The translations under genes and the position numbers were made by a program. This document shows, piece by piece, positions 18,861 to 26,005 of a stretch of 64,000 nt of DNA (position 1 is the stretch's first letter; every line of letters begins with the position of its first letter). The notes beneath the pieces are model-generated. The model was not told the origin of the DNA. It was given only the letters and a program-made list of their open reading frames with translations, and did no database searches. The DNA comes from Candidatus Eiseniibacteriota bacterium (GTDB lineage Bacteria > Eisenbacteria > RBG-16-71-46 > JABDJR01), in assembly GCA_963783375.1 (NCBI GenBank), contig CAWANH010000028.1, forward strand, positions 928,001 to 992,000, given 5' to 3'.

Positions 18861-19529
18861 ATGAAGCTGCTCGCCCGATCCGGATTCGGGGCGTTGATCG
18901 TGTCCGTCGTCCTGGGGTTCGTGGGGTCCGGCTGTGCCGACAAGGTCACGGATTCGGGCCGGAGCCCCGACTATCGGCCCCGGACGTCCCCCGAGAACGT
19001 CGCCAGCAACCTGGCCGAGGCCTATCGGGCCCGGGACGCCGAGGCCTACGCCAGGCTCCTGGCCCCCGAGTTCCGCTTCTACTTCCAGAGTCGGGACGTG
19101 CCCCCGGACCTGGGACGGGATTACTGGATCCGCGACGAGGACCTGAGCCATACCGGGAGCCTCTTCGCGGCCGGCGAGGTGAGGGGGATCGACGTCGACC
19201 TGCTCTACGGGCCGGCCACCGATCCCACCGAGCTGGACAAGGCCAGCGGGACCAAGAAGATCCACGTGACCGCCCGGGTCCAGGTGCGGGACCGGTACGG
19301 CGTCGATTACCAGGTGAACGGGGACTTCCAGGATCTCTTCTTCCGGAAGGGGCTCCCGGCCGGCGCCGGCGAGGACACGACCCTCTGGTACCTCTTCGAG
19401 TGGCGCGACATCCGGAACCCCGGCGGGACCGGGTTCGCGCCCGGGGGCGGGATGGATTTGGCGGGGGCGCCGGGGCCGACCCCGGTCGAGCGGATCACCT
19501 GGGGGAAGATCAAGCAGCTGTTCCCGTGA
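18861..19529 (+). CDS. Lipoprotein, tandem paralog 2
   Basis: GGAGGAG RBS; signal ending VGSG-C; same core; tail PVERITWGKIKQLFP. Confidence 0.85.
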   Translation: MKLLARSGFGALIVSVVLGFVGSGCADKVTDSGRSPDYRPRTSPENVASNLAEAYRARDAEAYARLLAPEFRFYFQSRDVPPDLGRDYWIRDEDLSHTGSLFAAGEVRGIDVDLLYGPATDPTELDKASGTKKIHVTARVQVRDRYGVDYQVNGDFQDLFFRKGLPAGAGEDTTLWYLFEWRDIRNPGGTGFAPGGGMDLAGAPGPTPVERITWGKIKQLFP

Positions 19530-19579
19530 GCCCGCCCACGGCGGCGCGGGACCGGACGGGCCAGAGAGGGGGAACGATC

Positions 19580-20245
19580 ATGAAGCCGCGTGTTCGAACC
19601 GCGTCGCGGGTTCTCTTCGCCGCCGTTCTGCTCGGGGCGGTCGGAGGCGGGTGTAAGGACAAGTCCACCAACGTCATCGTGGAGCCCTTGATTCCGCCGT
19701 ACAAACCCGCCACCAGCCCGGAGAACGTGACCTACGATCTTCAGATCTGCTACCAGCACCGGGACATCGAGGTCTACGGAAAGCTTCTGGCTCCCGAGTT
19801 CCGGTTCTACTTCCAGGCCGCGGACGTGCCCGCGGAGCTGGGCCGGGACTACTGGCTCCACGACGAGGACTCGACCCACACCGACATCCTCTTCCGCACC
19901 CCGCAGGTGAACAACATCAGCATCACCCTGACCTACGGGGCGGCCACCCCGCCGACCGAGCCGGACAAGCCCGCCGGATCCATGAAGATCCACGTGACCG
20001 CCCACCTGGAGGTGGGCGACGTGAGCGGCATCACCTACATCGTGGACGGCGACTTCGAGGATCTCTACTTCCGCAAAGGGCTTCTCCAGAGCGCGGGCGA
20101 GGACACCACGAAGTGGTACCTCTTCGAGTGGCACGACATCCGGAACCACGGTTCCTACGGCGCTTCATCCGGCGGCCCGGCCGGCGTGGAGTTCGCGGCG
20201 GTCCGGGGGACGACCTGGGGAAGGCTCAAGACCCGGTACAACTGA
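19580..20245 (+). CDS. Lipoprotein, tandem paralog 3
   Basis: ATG 19580 after GAGGGGG; signal ending VGGG-C; same core; tail AVRGTTWGRLKTRYN. Confidence 0.85.
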   Translation: MKPRVRTASRVLFAAVLLGAVGGGCKDKSTNVIVEPLIPPYKPATSPENVTYDLQICYQHRDIEVYGKLLAPEFRFYFQAADVPAELGRDYWLHDEDSTHTDILFRTPQVNNISITLTYGAATPPTEPDKPAGSMKIHVTAHLEVGDVSGITYIVDGDFEDLYFRKGLLQSAGEDTTKWYLFEWHDIRNHGSYGASSGGPAGVEFAAVRGTTWGRLKTRYN

Positions 20246-20268
20246 GCCCCGTGGAGGGAGTTCGGGCA

Positions 20269-20916
20269 ATGAAAACATGGATGCGAAACGGACTCGGGTT
20301 CCTGGCCGCGGCCGCCCTGATCACGACCGCGGGCCTGGGCTGCAAGGACAAGACCACGGAGCCGGCGCCGGACACGACCCAGGTCTCCCCCGAAATGGTG
20401 GCGGAGAGTCTCCAGATGGCGTACCGGGACCGGGACATCGATCTCTACGACAAGCTCCTGGCCCCCGAGTTCCGGTTCTACTTCCAGGACGCCGACGTGT
20501 CCCAGGACCTGGGCCGGGTCTACTGGATCCACGACCAGGACTCCACCGCCACCGGCATCCTCTTCCGCACCCCCCAGGTGAATGGGATCTACGTGACCCT
20601 GACCTACGGAGAAGCCACCGCCGCCACCGAAGTGGGCATGCCCCCCGGAGCGATGAAGGTCCACGCCACCGCCCATCTCGATGTGGACGACGTGAACGGC
20701 ACCACCTACGTGGTGGACGGGGACTACGAGGACTTCTACTTCCGCAAGGGGCTCCTCCAGAACGCGGGCGAGGACACCACGAAGTGGTATCTGTTCGAGT
20801 GGCACGACATCAATCATGCCCGGGGCAACGGCGCCGGACCCGGCGGCCTCTCCGGGGTGGAGTCCACGGCGACCGAGAGGACGACCTGGGGCTCCATCAA
20901 GCTGATGTATCGGTGA
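20269..20916 (+). CDS. Lipoprotein, tandem paralog 4
   Basis: ATG 20269 after GGAGGGAG; signal ending AGLG-C; same core; tail ATERTTWGSIKLMYR. Confidence 0.85.
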   Translation: MKTWMRNGLGFLAAAALITTAGLGCKDKTTEPAPDTTQVSPEMVAESLQMAYRDRDIDLYDKLLAPEFRFYFQDADVSQDLGRVYWIHDQDSTATGILFRTPQVNGIYVTLTYGEATAATEVGMPPGAMKVHATAHLDVDDVNGTTYVVDGDYEDFYFRKGLLQNAGEDTTKWYLFEWHDINHARGNGAGPGGLSGVESTATERTTWGSIKLMYR

Positions 20917-20963
20917 TCCGGGAGGCGGACGGGTCTTCGGCTCCCCGGGATCGGTCCGCCCGC

Positions 20964-20993
20964 TTGACACTCCCGCCCCCTCCTCCGTAGCCT
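20964..20993 (+). promoter_or_regulatory. Putative sigma70 promoter
   Basis: TTGACA-N18-TAGCCT upstream of the deacetylase-like gene. Confidence 0.5.
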
Positions 20994-21104
20994 GCCTGGG
21001 CTCGTCGTGAACCGCGCGGTGGGCGCCGATCCCGGAACCGGCCCGATTTGCCATGACCCGGGCCCTCGACCCGGCGGCGCCCCGAGCGCGACCCGAACCG
21101 GAAT

Positions 21105-22331
21105 TTGAACCCGCTCTCACCCGGGAGGCGCGCCATCTCTCGTCGTCATCGCCGCCGCCGCCGCTCCCCGCTGCGGGTGATCTTCCTCCTGGTCCTGGTG
21201 GCCGCGGCGGCGTACTTCGGCGGCCGCTACCTGCTCTCCCCGCCCGGCCGCTACCTGGTGGCCACCCGGCTCTGGAACGGGAAGCCCTCCCGCATGAAGC
21301 CGGTCCTGGAGGAGGCCATGGCCCGGGCGGCGCGGCGCCTCGATCTTCCCCCCCCCATGCCCCAGCTCATCTGCAAGCCGGACACCACCGGATCGAGCAT
21401 CTGCCGCTCCACCATCGCTCTTCCCCCGGGGGTGAGCACCATCCAGGCCAACGCCGAGCTCACCCGGGCGCTCACCGGGCTGGGGACCCAGTTCGTCTCC
21501 GGCGCCCAGAGCCCCGACGGCACGGTGGAGATCAGCTTCCGGGCCGGGAAGCGGGTGACCCTGGCCCTCACCCTCCTCCCTCCGGTGGGGACCGGCCTCG
21601 ACACCATGATGGCCCCCGCCCCCAACCTCCCCCAGGTCGAGGTCCGGGCGCGGCTGGCCCTCATCATCGACGACTACGGGGAGGACGCCGGGGCCTCGGC
21701 CCGGTTCCAGGGGCTTCCCGGGACCTTCACCGCCGCCGTCCGCTCCAACCTGGACGACCCCGGGCGGATCGCCGACCAGGCCCGCAAAGCCGGTTTCGAG
21801 GTGATCCTGAACCTCCCCATGGAGCCCGAGAACTACCCCACCCGGACCCCCGGCTCCGACGCCATCCTGGTCGATCTCTCCGGCCGCGAGATCCGAAAAC
21901 GGGTGGACGACGCCCTGGACCGGGTGGGTCCGGTGCCCGGGGTGAAGTCCTACATGGGCGCCCTGGCGGTGGAGGATCGCGACGTCGTCCGGCCGGTCCT
22001 GGAGGAGATCAAGAAGCGCGGGCTCTTCTTCGTGGACGCGGCCATGTCCAACTACTCCACCGTTCCCGAGCTGGCCCACGAGATCGGGGTTCCCAGCCTC
22101 TCCATCACCTCCCAGTCCGAGGTGGACCTGGGGCGGCACGACGCCGGCACCATCGGGATCCGGTTCGAGGACCTGGTCAACACCTGCCGCCGCCGGGGCT
22201 ACGCGGTGGGCATCATCCACGCCCGGGAGGGCACCCTGAGCGTGCTGCGGGACCGGCTCCCGGGCCTGGCCCGGGAGGGGATCGTGGTCATGGGGCTTTC
22301 CGAGGTGATGAAAGCCCACGAGCTGGAGTAA
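21105..22331 (+). CDS. Divergent polysaccharide deacetylase family protein (YibQ/DUF610-like), membrane-anchored
   Basis: Arg-rich N-terminus plus TM; LALIIDDYG, ILNLPMEPENYP, GVKSYMG, LFFVDA, AVGIIH. Start codon uncertain. Confidence 0.82.
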   Translation: MNPLSPGRRAISRRHRRRRRSPLRVIFLLVLVAAAAYFGGRYLLSPPGRYLVATRLWNGKPSRMKPVLEEAMARAARRLDLPPPMPQLICKPDTTGSSICRSTIALPPGVSTIQANAELTRALTGLGTQFVSGAQSPDGTVEISFRAGKRVTLALTLLPPVGTGLDTMMAPAPNLPQVEVRARLALIIDDYGEDAGASARFQGLPGTFTAAVRSNLDDPGRIADQARKAGFEVILNLPMEPENYPTRTPGSDAILVDLSGREIRKRVDDALDRVGPVPGVKSYMGALAVEDRDVVRPVLEEIKKRGLFFVDAAMSNYSTVPELAHEIGVPSLSITSQSEVDLGRHDAGTIGIRFEDLVNTCRRRGYAVGIIHAREGTLSVLRDRLPGLAREGIVVMGLSEVMKAHELE

Positions 22332-22435
22332 CGGGGGGCCTCCCACCGGCAACCCGCCCCGGGGGCGCGATTTAGCCTCGTCGATCTAAGTGATTGCGCG
22401 CCAAGGAGCCGCGAGGGCAAGGCACCGGCTTTTCG

Positions 22436-22464
22436 TTGACAGACCCGGGGGGGTGGCGTAGCAT
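22436..22464 (+). promoter_or_regulatory. Putative sigma70 promoter of secDF
   Basis: TTGACA-N17-TAGCAT. Confidence 0.6.
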
Positions 22465-22512
22465 GTGGCGCCTTGTGTTCCATCCCCTGATTGCTCCCAC
22501 GGAGTGTTCTTG

Positions 22513-24153
22513 ATGAGTAACCTGCGCTGGAAATGGGCCCTCCTGGTCATCGTGCTCGCGGTGTTCGGGTGGTACCTGGTCCCCACGATCCGCTACTACT
22601 CCATGCCCCCGGACGTTCAATCCTCGAACGTCCCCCGGGTGGAAAAGATCCGTGAAGGGGCCATGAAGCTCGGCCTCGACCTTCAGGGCGGTTCCTACCT
22701 GGTCTACGAAGTGGACCTGGCCAAGATCCCCAAGGAGCAGCGCCGGGGGGACGAGGTGGACCGGGCCATCGAGATCATCCGGAACCGCATCGACCAGTTC
22801 GGGGTGAGCGAGCCGGTCATCCAGAAGCAGGGCCAGGACCGGATCGTGGTTCAGCTCCCGGGCCTGACCGACCCGGAGCGGGCGAAAGAGCTGGTCGGGA
22901 AGACCGCCCGGCTGGAGTTCCGGCTGGTCAAGACCAAGCAGGAGTTCTACCAGGCCCTGGCCGCCATGGACGTGGCGGTGGCCCGGCGGGAGAAGCTGGG
23001 CGACTTCGCCGACACCGCTTCCGTGGCCGCCGGCGACAGCGCGGCCGCGGCGGACACCACCGCCGCCTCCACCAACCCCTTCACCCGGCTCCTCACCCAG
23101 GCCCAGAACGCCGACGCCGGGTACGCCTACGTCCCCGCCGAGAACTACGACAAGGCCCACGCCATGTGGGAGGCGGTGGCCTACGACTCCACCAAGGAGG
23201 AGCCCCGGGTCCTGGCCGGGAACACCGTGCTTCTCTGGGGGGACCGGCAGTTCGGTTCGGGGACCGAGAACCCCGGCCGGTATCTCTACGCCCTGAGCGG
23301 CCGGCCGGATCTCACCGGGGATCAGGTGGCCGACGCCAAGGTGGCCTTCGGTCTGGAGCCGGCCCGGCCCAACGCCCCCGGGGTGAGCCTCACCCTGGAC
23401 AAGCGCGGCGCGGGCATCTTCACCCGGCTCACCGGGAACAACGTGGGACGCCAGCTGGCCATCGTTCTCGACAACACCGTGAAATCGGCCCCGGTCATCC
23501 AGGACAAGATCCGGGGCGGCCGCGCCTCGATCACCGGTCTCCAGGGGGACAACGAGGCCAAGGACCTGGGGATCGTGCTCCGGGCGGGGGCCCTGCCCAC
23601 CGACCTCATCCTCCAGGAGGAGCGGACGGTGGGTCCGTCCCTCGGGAAGGACAGCATCCGGGAGGGGCTTCAGGCCTCGCTGTTCGGGCTGATCCTGGTG
23701 GTGGGGTTCACCGCGATCTACTACCGGCTTTCCGGGATCGTCGCGGTGATGGCGCTCCTCATCAACCTCTTCTTCATCGTCGCCACCCTGAGCATGCTCC
23801 GAGGGACGTTGACCCTGCCCGGCATAGCCGGCGTGGTGCTCACCATCGGTATGGCGGTGGACGCCAACGTGCTCATCCTGGAACGTGTGCGCGAGGAGCT
23901 TCGAAACGGCAAGACGGTCCGGGGGGCGATCGAGGCGGGCTACGGCCGGGCCTTCATCACCATCCTGGACTCGAACCTGACCACCCTGATCTCCTCGGTG
24001 GTGCTGTTCCAGTTCGGCACCGGTCCCATCAAGGGTTTTGCCATCACCCTGATGATCGGGATCATCGCCAACGTCTTCACCGCGGTCTTCGTGACGCGGC
24101 TGGTCTACGACTCCTTCATGGCCAAGCGGCCGATCAAGAAGCTGAGTATCTAG
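22513..24153 (+). CDS. secD: Protein translocase subunit SecD
   Basis: LGLDLQGG, RNRIDQFGVSEP, IVVQLPG, LAIVLD, LRAGALP, VGPSLG, LTLPGIAG, GMAVDANVLILER, ILDSNLTT, GPIKGFA. Confidence 0.97.
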   Translation: MSNLRWKWALLVIVLAVFGWYLVPTIRYYSMPPDVQSSNVPRVEKIREGAMKLGLDLQGGSYLVYEVDLAKIPKEQRRGDEVDRAIEIIRNRIDQFGVSEPVIQKQGQDRIVVQLPGLTDPERAKELVGKTARLEFRLVKTKQEFYQALAAMDVAVARREKLGDFADTASVAAGDSAAAADTTAASTNPFTRLLTQAQNADAGYAYVPAENYDKAHAMWEAVAYDSTKEEPRVLAGNTVLLWGDRQFGSGTENPGRYLYALSGRPDLTGDQVADAKVAFGLEPARPNAPGVSLTLDKRGAGIFTRLTGNNVGRQLAIVLDNTVKSAPVIQDKIRGGRASITGLQGDNEAKDLGIVLRAGALPTDLILQEERTVGPSLGKDSIREGLQASLFGLILVVGFTAIYYRLSGIVAVMALLINLFFIVATLSMLRGTLTLPGIAGVVLTIGMAVDANVLILERVREELRNGKTVRGAIEAGYGRAFITILDSNLTTLISSVVLFQFGTGPIKGFAITLMIGIIANVFTAVFVTRLVYDSFMAKRPIKKLSI

Positions 24154-24162
24154 GGAGCGTCC

Positions 24163-25110
24163 ATGTTTGAGATCTTCGTCGGCGCCAAGTTCAATTTCAT
24201 GGGACACCGGCGCTTCGCGTACTTCATCTCCGGGTCCCTGATCCTGATCAGCATCCTCTCCCTGGTCCTCCACGGGGGCCCGCGGGAGTCGATCGACTTC
24301 ACCGGGGGCACCGTCCTCTACCTCGGGTTCAATCCCAAGGTGGCGGTGGGGGACATCCGCTCCGCGGCCCAGAAAGCCGGGCTGGGCGGGGTGCAGGTCC
24401 AGATGGCCGAGGACGGGAGCCAGGCCATCCTTCACTTCGGCAAGAACGAGACCTCGGGGGACGCCTTCCAGAACTTCCAGGGCCAGCTCGATCTGACCCA
24501 TCCCGAGGTGACCCTGACCCTCCTGAGCCAGGAGACGGTCGGGCCCAAGGTGGGGAGCGAGCTGGAAGAGAAGGCCACCCTGGCCATCCTCTGGAGCCTC
24601 GTCCTCATCCTCATCTACATCGCCTGGCGGTTCACCCGCTTCAGCTTCGGTTTTGGCGCGGTGCTGGCACTCTTCCACGACATCCTCATCACCCTGGGCC
24701 TCTTTTCCGTCCTGAACCGGGAGATCAGCCTCACCGTGGTGGCGGCCTTCCTCACCATCGGCGGGTACTCGATCAACGACACCATCGTGGTGTTCGATCG
24801 GATCCGGGAGAACATGGGGCTCATCCGCCGGATGAGCTTCGCCGAGGTCATCAACAAGAGCGTGAACCAGACCCTGAGCCGCACCGTGCTGACCGCGGGA
24901 ACCACGCTCCTGGCCGTTCTGGCCCTCTTCTTCCTGGGCGGGCCGGTCATCCACGAGTTTGCCCTGGCCATGCTGGTCGGGGTGGTGATCGGAACCTACT
25001 CGTCCATCTTCGTGGCCAGCTCCCTGGCCCTGGACATCTCCAGCTGGTGGACCCGGCGGAAGCAGACCAAGACCGCCGGAACCTCGGCCAAGGCGGTGGC
25101 CACCCGCTAG
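24163..25110 (+). CDS. secF: Protein translocase subunit SecF
   Basis: IDFTGG, VGPKVGSEL, YIAWRF, ALFHD, GYSINDTIVVFDRIRE, QTLSRT, GTYSSIFVA. Confidence 0.97.
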   Translation: MFEIFVGAKFNFMGHRRFAYFISGSLILISILSLVLHGGPRESIDFTGGTVLYLGFNPKVAVGDIRSAAQKAGLGGVQVQMAEDGSQAILHFGKNETSGDAFQNFQGQLDLTHPEVTLTLLSQETVGPKVGSELEEKATLAILWSLVLILIYIAWRFTRFSFGFGAVLALFHDILITLGLFSVLNREISLTVVAAFLTIGGYSINDTIVVFDRIRENMGLIRRMSFAEVINKSVNQTLSRTVLTAGTTLLAVLALFFLGGPVIHEFALAMLVGVVIGTYSSIFVASSLALDISSWWTRRKQTKTAGTSAKAVATR

Positions 25111-25309
25111 TTGCCCGGGTCCGGCCCCGCCCGCTCCGGGGGCCGGTGGGGTCCCTCCCCCCCGGAATTCGGCCGTCGCCTCCGCTTCGGGTGGAATCCC
25201 GACCCGCCCGATCCGTTATACTAAGAGGTTACAATCAGCTTTCGAGGCCGCCCCCTCACGGCTTCCCGGGAACTCCTTCCCGCTTTCGAGCGTCCAATGG
25301 GTTGAGCCT

Positions 25310-25996
25310 ATGAAGCTTAGAATACTGATTCCCACCCTGGTCCTTGCCTCCTCCCTGGCCGTCGCCGCGGCCTGGGTCCCGCCGGCCCACGCCCTGGACC
25401 AGGGATTCCGCATCGCCCGGCTCAAGTACGGGGGCGGAGGGGACTGGTACTCCAACCCCACGTCGCTCCCCAATCTCATGAAGGCGCTGCGGAGCCGCAC
25501 CGCGATCGAGGTGGCCGGCGACCAGGAGGCGCGGGTGGAGCTTCTGGACGAGAACCTCTTCTCGTATCCGTTGATCTACATGAACGGCCACGGGGAGGTC
25601 CGGTTCAGCCAGGCCGAGGTCGATCGCCTGCACCAGTACCTGGACCGGGGAGGCTTCCTGTGGGCGGACGACAACTACGGGATGGACCGCTCGTTCCGGC
25701 GCGAGATCGCCAAGGTGTTCCCCGGACACGATCTGGTGGAGATCCCTTTCAATCACAATGTGTTCCACGACTTCTACGATCTGCCCCAGGGAACCCCGAA
25801 GGTCCACGAGCACGACGGGTTGCCCGCCCAGTCCCTTGGGCTCTTCGACAAGGGGAGGCTCGTCGTCCTCTACACTTACCAGTCGGACATCGGGGACGGC
25901 ATGGAGGATCCGGAGGTTCACAACGACCCGGCCCCCATCCGTGAGAAGGCCATGGAGTTCGCGGTCAATCTCGTGGTCTACGTCATGACCCACTAG
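25310..25996 (+). CDS. DUF4159 domain secreted protein
   Basis: Signal peptide; IARLKYGGGGDWYSNP, YPLIYMNGHG, YLDRGGFLWADDNYG, PKVHEHDG, DIGDGMED. Confidence 0.85.
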   Translation: MKLRILIPTLVLASSLAVAAAWVPPAHALDQGFRIARLKYGGGGDWYSNPTSLPNLMKALRSRTAIEVAGDQEARVELLDENLFSYPLIYMNGHGEVRFSQAEVDRLHQYLDRGGFLWADDNYGMDRSFRREIAKVFPGHDLVEIPFNHNVFHDFYDLPQGTPKVHEHDGLPAQSLGLFDKGRLVVLYTYQSDIGDGMEDPEVHNDPAPIREKAMEFAVNLVVYVMTH

Positions 25997-26005
25997 GAGC
26001 GAGCC

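Noticed and set aside
17968-20916. Diversity-generating retroelement or CRISPR explanation for the repeated DNA
   Set aside because: The repeats are coding paralogs. There is no reverse transcriptase, no adenine-specific TR/VR pattern and no regular repeat-spacer period.
20917-20960. GC-rich hairpin after the lipoprotein array as an intrinsic terminator
   Set aside because: Imperfect stem with no U-tract; not supportable in such GC-rich DNA.
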